Source of the DNA: Ascidiella aspersa
Lineage: Eukaryota
Assembly: GCA_963924565.1 (NCBI GenBank)
Contig: OZ004609.1
Coordinates: 29,078,001 to 29,142,000, forward strand
Direction: 5' to 3'
DNA length: 64,000 bases
Each line of letters opens with the position of its first letter. The stretch's first letter is position 1. A program made the translations under genes and the position numbers. This document shows, in pieces, positions 10,601 through 21,015 of this stretch. The notes under the pieces are model-generated. The model had not been told where the DNA came from, did no database searches, and saw only the letters and a program-made list of their open reading frames with translations.

Positions 10601-13600
10601 AGCTTGCGGCCTCTAAATATCGATGCAAAGCAACGACAAAACCCAAATCAAAAACTAACTTGTGAGGAAGCCGAGGCTTTACGTTCAAAGATTGGTCAGC
10701 TCCTGTGGGTTAGTGGCCAGACAAGACCTGATGTTAGCTTTAATGTTTGTATTATTGCAACAAACTTCAAGAGGGCTACTGTGAGGGATTTATTGGACTG
10801 GAACAAAATTATTAGAAGACTGAAGACGGAAAAGGTAACACTGTCCTACCAATAGCAAATTGGTGGTGTACTCTGATGCAGCGTTTGGTAACCTTATGGA
10901 CGGAGGAAGCCAAGGTGCTTACTTAGTATTTTTGGTTGGGCCTAACAAGCAATGTAACTTGTTAAGTTGGCAATCAAAACGAATTAAGCGTGTTGTTCGC
11001 AGCACACTAGCTGCAGAAACTCTTGCCATGTCCGATCGGGTTGAAACGGCGGTATTTTTAAAATCGCTTTTAAATGAATTGTATTTCGATGATTTAAATT
11101 TAACAAATATTCCTATCGAAGTTATTACCGACAATCGCTCTTTATGTGATGCTATTTATTCTTCCAAATGTGTTACTGATAAACGATTACGTATCGACAT
11201 TGCCGTACTTCAAGAATTGGTTGACATTGGCCAAATATCTAATATTTCATGGTCACCTAAAGATAAGCAACTGGCCGATATCTTAACCAAAGATGGTGTT
11301 TCGCCTGTGTCCCTCTATTTGGTTTTAGCTAACGGGCATCTTTAAAAAAAAAAAAAAATTATAATGAGTTTGTTAACCTTAATGTTTTAGTTTATTTAAA
11401 CACTGCTCCTAGTGGCGCGCTTTGCCTAGAGCATGTACGTGTCTCGTTTGTCCTTCATTTGAGACGCGCCTGTGTTAGTGGTAACATCTACTCTGTTGCG
11501 GTGTAAATTAAGTTTTATATTTATTCTGTGTTTATTGCTATTAGTGTTGATAACTTTGTGTGATTCTATTTGAATAAGGAACTAAGGTTTTGTAACCATC
11601 GTCGTGTTTATTGTTTGTAAACTGATAAAGACTTCAGTGGACATTAACTTTCAGTGAGTACAGTAAAATGCTATAAAAATAGTTTTAGGGTTGTCCGATG
11701 CTTAACATTTTATTTCGATACTGACTCCCGAAATTTTGGAAAAAAACTATCGCAATCTAATCCGTTACAAAATTAAGTGATTAGTAAGTTTAAACAAGCA
11801 ACATGGATAACATTGAACGTTCAATAGTACGCTTTTTTAGGTTTTTAGGGCTTTAAGAATTAGTTACCTCTAGTTTTTTTTTTAATATTTCATCTTTCAA
11901 AGAATCGCCGCGTTGGAAAATCGTGACTAAAATTCTTATGTTAATTTGGTATCAGACCGGCACCTGTACGACACTAAGCAAAACTAGTCTCTGTCTGTAG
12001 AGGAAAAAGTCAAAAAAAATAAATCATTATTTCAAAACTGAACAAACGACAAGTGATGATCAGTTCATTTGTAATAATAACAAAGGTTTCGAATCAAGGC
12101 CTTCTTTTCTGCAACTTTTTATTTACTTATTTTATCTATAGTTAACAGGGAAAATGTGTTGCATTGTAACAAACATAACAATATACCTTGCGAAAAAAAA
12201 TCCTAGTACTAATTGGTGCTGCTAAAGAAAAATACAGATTTTCTTGCAAACAGGTCGAACCAGTTATAAACTCACTAGGATTGGCGACTCCATTTTTAAC
12301 GGCAATAAAGGCGAGGGTCTGTTCGGCTTCTTTGAGGCGTCCCTTCGAGTAAAGCCACCTCGGTGACTCAGGAATGGACCTAAATGTAAAAAAAGACCCC
12401 CCAAAAAACAATATTCCTGTAACAATAGCAACACTCAACTATACATTTGCTTAGAAAAAATACTAAAAAATGAAAAAAATTAAATTCGTGGTAAAACTTG
12501 GTTAGGCCAAAGAACACTAGAAGTTGCAAAATAACGTTTTTTTTTATCAATTTAAAATTTCGCGCATGGCAACCTATTTTTTCTCTTTTAATATTATTAA
12601 CAGATGTACCGATAAACGCAAACCGTACTTCTTCTAACGTTACTGTTTAAGTGGGTGTATATGATTAAACTACAGTACAGATTATTTGTGAAAGCGATAG
12701 CCTATGGTGCATTGATTCTGATTTCTGTTTCTGTATCGTTAGTAATATGGTCTTATTTGCGTTAGTCACACGCCGTTTCCTTTTCCGTTTAACCACGTAT
12801 GTAAATGAGATTACTAATGAATGGGAATTTCGAGTCATGGTGGACGTTGAATGCGAAAGGAAAAAGTTTATGGTCCTAAGAACGTTTTAACATAAACGGC
12901 CCAAATAATAATACTTGCATTTCGCAATGACGATGATGTTGAATTGCCCTAAGGCGGTATAAGTGCTGAGCCAACACATAAGATCACTCAAACCCAATAG
13001 GTTCAATCCTCTGTTGTGACAGACGGCAAAGAAATAAACTGTTTTGGTAAACTTTACCTTATGTTGTGGTTCCACAAAAACAATACAGTTATTTCCTTGT
13101 GATTGTTGCTTCACTATAGAGGGCTATATTTCGCAGTGAGATTGCTTTACAATCAAACGTCCTCAGATTTCAACAAATCAAGGCACGCATTCATTCTCAT
13201 ATATTTAACAGTTATAATATTATTTTGTTTTACTGAGATAATTTCCTTTGCAAAATAGTAGAATATTACCACAGGAAATAACAACGTGATGAATTGGCTT
13301 CGGTGGGTTTAAGTGAAACGTTTTTGAAATTATTTGTAATCTGTTAGTGACAGGTCAGTCATAACAACAACATTTCAATAGTGCATAGCTTAAAAAACCA
13401 ACGTCGCACTGAACTGCACTCACCACATATATATGAAAGGGATTGCTTGCGGCAAGGTAACAAATAACGTGAGGTCTCTCCAACCAGGTACGTAAAAAGC
13501 GCATATGGCAAGGATGCATATTCCAACGGCAAAAAGAATATTGCTGACCGCCCCTAGAAAAATATATGGTGATGGCTATTCAGAGTTGTTGCCACACAGT

Positions 13601-16186
13601 TTTATAAAACAAACTCAAAGACATTTCATAGAAAAAATTATTTTTAACGACCTATTTGATTGCCATGGTAAACAAAATTTGTTTTATTACAGCACTTTAT
13701 GAACACATAACTTAAGCTGGACATGAAATAACTACAAACACTATTTAAAGAAAAACAAAGGGTTTTTCAAAGACTTTTTAGCAACACTGGTAATTTTCGT
13801 ATTAATTCATTAACATTGGGAAAAAGACACCCGGCTAACCAGCTTCATAGAAACGCATATCGAAGGCAAAATTCATATCCCAGTGAAACTTGCAAAAAAT
13901 CGACTTAGGGCCACGTCTAAAATCAAAGAGCACACCTGTGACTGCCCACCAGGACCTTCCAACCATCTCTTGTAGGTAGACATAGAGCACCAGGGTCGCT
14001 CCTCCCTGTAGCGTACCGGTGAAGAAGCGGGCAGCGGCGAAGTGTTGCCAGGTCGGCGCCAGGGCAGTGCAGATAGACGATGGCAGTAGAAGGGTGAAAC
14101 CTGCGGCAAAACGACCACGGTTTTCCGACAGAAGACTAGTTTGGCGCTGATACTCGACCCGGCTGTTGAGTTACTCAACCTGTTGCGTTATATCTTCATA
14201 ACAAATGCTTTTTGTATAGTAAAAAATCAGAAGTAGGTATCGTTTGAACGTTTCGAATATCTCTTATTTTCAACATCATGTGGTTTGTAACTTAACCCAT
14301 AAAATTCTTGATTAAAAAAAAACACAGATTAATTTAAAAACGCGCGATCGGTCTCCTTTGAATTTGCCAGATTTTACCGTAGCAGGTAGTGGTGTATAAC
14401 TATAAGGGAAGGACCTTGCTCTATTGATGGATGGGGAACCAAATGTTGGGCAAACTTTCTCACTTACCGACAAGCATCAGGGGCCTTCGTCCGAATCGAT
14501 CGGAAAGCTGGCCGAACGCGACCACGCCGACCAAGTTGCCGAAAAAGTAAAAGGACTGAATACGATCGCTCACCCACTGGCGATCCATTAAGCCCCACTG
14601 TGAACAAGTATAGCTAGGTAAAGGTAAAAATATTTCAATTAGGGCAAAGGACGGTAGCAGGGCCACTGGCGGTCAATTAAGCCCCACTTGGAAAAAGTAT
14701 AGGTTATGGTTAGAAATAGAAATATTTTATCTAGGGCAAAGGACAGTATTAGAGGACGATGGAAGCCTAACACTTTCAAGGTGAATCTTAAACTGTTTAT
14801 AAAAACAGTTAAAACATAAAATAATTTCTTAAATTTTAACAGAAATATATATTTCGCCTATAAGACATCATCAGTTACTTAATTCCAATGAATCTTTTAA
14901 GGTGTGAATTAAAAACGCCGTCATGACATTGGGTCATTCCATGCCGTTGAAAGTAATACCTGGACCAAGAAGTGACTTCGTGGAGACTACATACTTGGAA
15001 AAATAAGTTGGAGCAATCGTCGCCTCACCCGTAGGTGCGTGGGGGGCGTAGATCTGCTACCGCCCGGCTCTAACGCAGGATGGAAGATATGGCGTTGTTT
15101 GAACCTACTGCGAACTGGAGTATAGCACGCACAAAATGGAGGCTGGAAAAGTGGGGTTTCAAGCACCTTGTGTGAATGCGGCACAGCAGAGGGCACAGTC
15201 GCTCACGGCTTAAAATGCCCTTTGATTGATGAGCCATGCTCCACCACTGATCTTGCCGAATTTAACGATCGGGCGAGACAGTGTGTCGAAAAATGGAAAC
15301 TCTCCGTTTAAAAATACCAACTTTAAAGACTCGAATATATATATATATATGTAAGCTAGTTTCCAGAACCACTGACATTCTGGGTATTTTTTTGTAGGTC
15401 AGATTACGGTGTGAATTTTTTTCTTTTTTAAACGTCAAAGCTTTGTCCAACCTTGAGCATGGCTAACTTTTTCGAACAGCAGTTTAACAAACACTCTTTC
15501 AGAGTAAAGATTTAACGAAAACAACGAGGTTGGCGTGAAATTTCACACTGAACTGCTTACCTCTTTTAAAATGGAGCTATCATCTGAAACTTGCGGGTTG
15601 ACCTTCTGCAGATCCGCCGGTTTGGCACCAACAAACACAACCAGCATTGTGTGGCATGTCAAGAAGAGCTGAAATATAAGGTCAACTCTAATTTACATAG
15701 AAGTAGTGATCTAGTTAGGTTGATCAAGCGTGAAGAATAAACGTTAAATATTTTGTAATACTTTACACGCGCCACAAATGTGCCGCACCTATCCATGGAA
15801 TGCTACAATACAGGTCGTGAGTTCGAACCTTACTGTAGGCTATAGTTGTTTTTCTAGCCTGCTTTGCTTGCAACATTTACCGACAGATTTGTTTAGTATG
15901 CGTTGGTGTACTATAATTTGTGTGCCGCTATCGTTGGTCATAACGCGACTTCAGTACGGCTAGATCACGGTTGTTGAACATTATGTGTGTGTACCTTTTA
16001 TGGAATGCCATACATATAAAATAAAAATTAGTTCTTTAGGGCACTTTTTTTATGTATTAAAGATAGGCAACATAGAAAAACCCTTATTACCTGGTAGATT
16101 GACATCACGCCGTAGGTAAGCTGCTGGTATCGGCCAAAAGTGCCGACCACTTTTGTGTAGCAATCGTCAACATCCAGCTTTTCCAT
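1652..16186 (-). CDS. SLC22A15: SLC22-family (SLC22A15-like) organic cation/solute transporter, 11 coding exons, ~478 aa
   Basis: GT-AG exons 16091-16186, 15561-15668, 14468-14597, 13936-14100, 13424-13553, 12276-12379, 6588-6708, 4969-5109, 4261-4337, 2293-2471, 1652-1837 join into one 1437-nt frame. Motifs: [40 protein letters not shown]. The short first extracellular loop resembles SLC22A15; exact orthology is not certain. Confidence 0.88.
3254..3810. repeat. Tandem array of ~2.7 copies of a ~203-bp unit
   Basis: Units begin AATGACTTTAC at ~3254, 3458 and 3660 and share GCAGAACAGTTTACTTGTTAT-like and TTCGCTAATAG blocks. Confidence 0.9.
4418..4723. mobile_element. hAT-type MITE, degenerate
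   Basis: CAGGCGTCACC...GGTGAACCCTG with GCGGGCCGG subterminal repeats. Another degenerate element lies at ~3916-4222. Confidence 0.6.
4747..4919. mobile_element. Short foldback MITE with ~40-bp imperfect TIRs
   Basis: TGTTACGCCAAATTTCAGGACTCTGTACTTCACGGCCT pairs with AGGCCGTGAAGTAGAGAGTCCTGACACTTTGACGTAACA; TA-rich flanks. Confidence 0.7.
5275..5594. mobile_element. hAT-type MITE, degenerate
   Basis: CAGTGGTTCTCAACC...GGTTGAGATTCACTG with internal GGGTGCCG repeats; no clean TSD. A similar remnant lies at ~60410-60708. Confidence 0.7.
5616..6281. mobile_element. hAT-type MITE
   Basis: TIRs CAGGGGTCGGC...GCCGACCCCTG, perfect 8-bp TSD GCCTAAAC, subterminal GGCCCGC repeats. Confidence 0.9.
6773..7055 (+). 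repeat. 5' LTR (283 bp)
   Basis: Direct repeat of 11371-11653 with two visible mismatches (6784 G / 11382 A; 6847 T / 11445 C). Confidence 0.97.
6965..6980 (+). other. Ascidian (Ciona-type) spliced-leader exon sequence in the 5' LTR
   Basis: ATTCTATTTGAATAAG matches the 16-nt Ciona SL exon. It is followed by GA rather than a GT donor, so it is not an intact SL RNA gene. Confidence 0.85.
7057..7074 (+). promoter_or_regulatory. Primer-binding site complementary to the 3' end of initiator tRNA-Met
   Basis: TGGTAGCAGAGGATGGTT, 1 nt after the 5' LTR; reverse complement of the animal tRNAiMet 3' end (AACCAUCCUCUGCUACCA). Confidence 0.93.
7073..11345 (+). pseudogene. Disrupted gag-pol polyprotein of the Copia element
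   Basis: Zinc knuckle [14 protein letters not shown], protease IIDTACS, integrase HLQFGH..CDIC with [31 protein letters not shown] and YVDD, RNase [21 protein letters not shown]. Frame breaks at ~8693, ~10257 and ~10855. Confidence 0.92.
11371..11653 (+). repeat. 3' LTR (283 bp)
   Basis: Direct repeat of 6773-7055, followed by TSD GTGAG. Confidence 0.97.
11563..11578 (+). other. Spliced-leader exon sequence in the 3' LTR
   Basis: Same ATTCTATTTGAATAAG at LTR positions 193-208. Confidence 0.85.
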
Positions 16187-17536
16187 GTTGGAGATATGCG
16201 TCCGTTAGAACACAGCAACTTTATTACCAATGAGGGATTAAGCCCCTACACGCTACACCAACATATTTGCCTACACTACTGCAGAAGGCCTGGATTAAAA
16301 ATCGTCATTACATGCTGAACACCCTACTTTTAATAAAGAATTACAGTATCGCTTTATTTAATAAACGCACGATGATTGTCAATATCTGAAGTGCAAAAAT
16401 TGAGAAACGGTGCAGAAATCAAGGAAAAGAAAAATTATTATCTCTGAAAATAAAATACAAAAATAGGTTTACATCCTAGATTAAACTCTGTTTAATAAAG
16501 AAAATGCATTTTTTTTTAATTTAGAAGTAGTTTAATGTGTAAAAAAACACAAAATGTGTAACTCAATCCTTGAGGGTCAATTTTTAGCATTAAAACTACT
16601 TCATGTGTGTTGCTACATGACATGGATAACGTTGGCAATACAGCAAGTAAAATAAACATCCATTCAAATATTGCATACAATGTTTTATCCAATTTCAAAA
16701 AAGCAAAAAGTCACAAAACATGATTTTAAATATTTACACACATTTGTTTTCGTTTTAAAAACGTTTTGGTGTAACAATCAACAATACTGTGCAAACACCA
16801 AGGCAATACTATTGCTATTTCGTACACACAACAATAAAATAGAAGTGTAAAATGTTGCAGGATAAAAACTGGCATATGCACAAGAATAGTAATTAATACC
16901 AAGTCAGGCTGATTGCAAAGGCCACAGTTAGCACACTACAAAAACAATACAAGGTAAAATAAATTGTCAATTTATTTTTTTTAATTGTTTTAATTGTCAA
17001 TAAAACAAAGGTAAAGCTAAGAATACAAGTTTATACCCTTTGCAAGGGTTTAACAATATATTGTTTAAACATTGCAGACATAGGTTAAAGCAGTCCACCA
17101 TTAAACTTAAAATATTGACCGGCTAATTAAAAAAAGAAAGAAAACATAAGCCAAAAGACAAATTTACATTAATTATAAAATGAATTATCAAGAAATTGTC
17201 TGGTAAAACTAAAGATTGGTAGAAAGTTTAAGAAATAAAATTAGGTTTACAACATCCCCGAAAAATTGTTTAAACATGTCAAATTAGTTTGCAGTGTAGA
17301 TACAAAGTTTAATCTACAACTATGAATTCAATTGTCTAGCGCAATGCACAAAGCAGGACAATACATAAGCTAGGAATGTTAAAAGGCAAAAACAGTTTGT
17401 AACAAACTTGAATTTTAGGTGACGTGCTTAGCATGGTCAAGAATTTCTAAAATGTACAATAAGGCTGAGACTGACGCTTAACTGTTCCGATAAGACTTTA
17501 GTCCCCACACAGTTGAATAGAGTGGTGGATGAAATC

Positions 17537-19407
17537 CTAAACTACATGCTCATCTTCTTTGTTTTCATTCAGCAAAGGATTCTGTAAAAAATACACTTTA
17601 GAACTATGCATAAGTTATGTTACAGTTCAAAGCAAATAAGGGCTCTGTTTCAAACATTACATTTCAAAAAGAGGAATGGACAGGTGCTTAATGAATAATA
17701 ATAATTTCTATGAATTCAACCATGATGTTTAGAGTCAGTTTTTAGGCTTGGTGTCCTTTTATCATTATATCATGTTTACAAGCACAATAATGTAAATCTA
17801 TAACAACTGACAAAGGGGGGTTAATAGATTTCAAAACATTTGTAGGTACCATTTCTTAAAGGCATTATTCAAAGCATTTTTTTCGATTATTGCATGGACA
17901 ACATATGAACTCATGATTATGCAAGTAATTAGATTTTTATGATCTCAATATTTACATAACATATGATGTTTAATTACACTACAAAATCCATTAATGACTG
18001 CGAAAAACAAAACATTCAAAAAAGCGGAATTCAGCCATTACACTATTCAAAAAAATTACCGCTTCTTGTTCTTGTCTATTTCTTCCATGGCGTACATTGA
18101 GTACATTGGAAAGAGTAGTAACTGGTTCAGCAGTGGTTTTGACTTGAATATTTAAATCTTCAAATGAGTCCGGCGGTTTCCTTCCCAAAGTCTCTGGAAG
18201 AAGCATGGTCAGAAAACCTGCAGTCACCCCAAATGTTCCAAAAGCAGCATATGAAGCAGCTGCATTGGATGATATCTGCAACAGAATAAAATATCTTAAT
18301 GTTCACACAAGGATTAAAGAAAAAATAAATGTACAAAAAATAAAATTACAGAAAAAAGAACAGCAATATAAGTTCACCTGCCAAAAGATTCTCAACTAAA
18401 GTCAAAGAATGTGTTGAACCTATAATGATGTTGATGATTGTATAATAAGTTGACAATATAAAACAATTGGCCTGACGTTGTAGCCCATCTTTTTAGGTCA
18501 ACAATTTAAGTCAAATGTGAACATATATAGCGTGTCTGACTTAACATTGATGGGGCAAAACATGAAAGTATCCTGCCAACCCTCGCACAAATTGCTGCTG
18601 ACCCAAGTGCAACATTTCTCACCGTGGTTGGAAAGAGTTCGGGTGAGTAAATGTAAAGTGTGTTGAAACTGGAAGAAACCATCATTTTTCCAACAAGTCC
18701 TGAAAGTATTAACTTAATTATTTATGGAGTATTTAAAAAAATAAAACTGATACACATGTGCACTGTGGCAATATTTAAACTATGTTCTGATTTTAGGCGC
18801 TAAACTAATAGCACGTCCAATTGTATATCATGTTTTAACAGTTTGTTGTACCATAGGCTGGAAAGTGACTGATAAACATATGGTGCTACGGTTTTGTGAC
18901 TAAATCAATAGTCGTTACAGGGTGCACCAAAAGTAAACAATAGCCCTCTCTTGTTTGTCGAACATAAAAATTAGGTACACATATGGAGAATCATGATTTA
19001 TATTTTTAGGCATGCCATGCATGTGTTTGGTAAATTTTAAATATATATATGCCAAAGCACAGTTTTCTAAACTTTACTTTCTGGGTTATACCTAAGATCA
19101 CACATGACCACCAAAAACAGTACTGAACATACCTCATATCAAAATAGTACTGTCATTTCCTGCTCGCGGGTTAACCTTTAAGTCTTCAGGCTTCGTAGCA
19201 ACAAACACCGGCAGCAAATTGAGAGCTAGAATTACAATCTGTGTAATAAAATCATACAATATACGGGTAATTCATTGTCGAAGCAAGATTTTAAAATTAG
19301 AAAATTTAGCGGTTGCTTACACTAAATATGTTAATGATGATAAACAGTTGGAGCTGGTACCTCCCAAATTCATCAACAACTTTGGTATAGGCATCATCTA
19401 CGTCCAT
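17537..19407 (-). pseudogene. Tandem SLC22 paralog, internally deleted pseudogene
   Basis: Exons 19321-19407 (MDVDDAYTKVVDEFGRYQ), 19133-19238 (106 nt, ending ATA TGA G), ~18545-18730 (GLVGKMM..YSPELFPTTVRN; in-frame TAA, degraded acceptor, donor reads TTAAGT), 18060-18275 (LLPETLGRKPPDSF) and 17537-17581. Homologs of exons 3-9 of the intact paralog are absent. Confidence 0.85.
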
Positions 19408-20410
19408 CACAAGCAGAACTGAAGTCAACGAAAAAAAACACAGAAATACAGTTTGAGGTAACTAAACGATAGGATACTAAACATTAATACTCCATTGCTG
19501 AAACAAATACATCTGCACATAACAACAAATTAATTGAATAAACAAAACTGTTAGTTTAAAATATTATATGGCTATCATAGTTACTTTGGGAAAGGGTACG
19601 TCAACCTTTTTCAAGTCACAGACATGACTGATATTTTTCTCAAACACCAGAGATCTCGGCGTGAAGAGCCATGAAATGCAGACTGACCCCCTGCTTTAAC
19701 ACCAACATTATTCGGTATTTTAAATGCTTTTTAACGGTATTTTAAAAATAGTTTTCAGTTTTTTTAAGTTCAATAGCATTACCATTTTGTAAAAAATGTG
19801 TTTTCTTATAAATATAAACAAAAATAAACCAATTTAACTTTGCAACGTTGTCATCTTCTGTTTACATTTAGTCAGATAAGAGTCGATGAACACGGTCACG
19901 CACGATTAATTTTAGTCGTAGAGGTGTTTTATGAAGAACCTTATTTGTTACCCTTATATAATAGGCCTACCATATGTCCTTTTTTAGGAGGATTTGTCCT
20001 CTTTTCTAATAAAAAAACAAATGGTCCTCCGAGGACGCTCAAAAATGTCCATGTCCTCTTTTTTCGCATTTCCAGTTAATTGCTTATACTTGTATAAGGC
20101 GAGACGTTGTATGTATTTCCAAAAATATACTATAGCCATGAAACATGCTGAATTGCTGGTTTAAAACAGTTAATAGCCTATTTAATTTTTTTGCAATGAT
20201 TCCAATGGTTTCGCTGGGTTGTACACCACTCCTACATTCATCCAGCGTTCGAACTATTTTTTATCCATGTTTTATTTAATTGGATAAAAGGCTAAAATGT
20301 TTTTGCAATATTGCCGTTGTATTGTGTGTCATCACATCTTTTGAAACACGATAACGCAAAATTTAATTTTTGCGCTTACATTTTTATTTGCGCTGACATT
20401 ACAACTGTGG

Positions 20411-21015
20411 AGTGTTGTCATTTTTATCACAGTTTGACGTCATTATTTTGTTAAATAGGTAACATTGAGTTTAAATCGCCAATTATACCTATGCCAACCT
20501 AGAGGAAGAATTAAGCAAGTAATATATCGGCTCTGTACCGTGACGATTTTCGATCAAATGTGTCTAGGGGGACACGGCCGAAAAATCTTAAGAACCCCTA
20601 ATATAGATAGTCATGCAGGCCGCAGGCTCCGACCCCTAACCCGGCCAATTTCCTCCCAGGAAGCGACGGGGTGCGATCAACAGCAAGCAACTGCAATACC
20701 TCGAGAAGTACCGGCCTCGCTACTGCTTGAAAGCGAGGGACAACAACACGGGCTGCTGCGTTCAGTAGCAGCTTCCTGTTTACTCAAGGACGCTCGCCCA
20801 AGTTGACATTTACGTTGTTGTTGTTGCTGCTGCTGCTATTTTGGGCGTTTGACGACAACAACGCGCTGTTTTTTCTTCTTCTGTCTGCAGTCTTGCGATT
20901 GTAGTTTAGGTTGGTCGCTATACTCTTGGCTTTTGTTTGGGTTGCGGCGCATAAATTTCGGGCGACGTTGGTTGGCGAGATCGGAGTAAAGTAACTGGCT
21001 GGCGATCGATTTGTT
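20411..21015 (+). repeat. Inverted duplicate of the PTP4A last-intron end, terminal exon (20660-20768) and proximal 3' UTR
   Basis: Reverse complement of ~24545-25318. The exon's coding part is identical and retains its acceptor TTTCCTCCCAG; the flanks carry substitutions and indels. Confidence 0.95.

Larger units (their letters stand above)
6773..11653 (+). mobile_element. Ty1/Copia LTR retrotransposon, GalEa-like, full length, antisense in SLC22 intron 6
   Basis: 283-bp TG...CA LTRs, 5-bp TSD GTGAG (6768-6772 and 11654-11658), tRNA-iMet PBS, domain order Gag-PR-IN-RT-RH. Confidence 0.96.

Noticed and set aside
18695-19140. In-frame TGA (selenocysteine or readthrough) if pseudogene exon 2 splices to a cryptic CAG before GLVGK
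   Set aside because: Better explained by a 1-nt insertion. The next donor is dead and most TM exons are missing, so frame continuity is probably coincidental.
20465-20806. Novel 113-aa + strand gene
   Set aside because: It is an off-frame reading across the duplicated PTP4A intron and exon.
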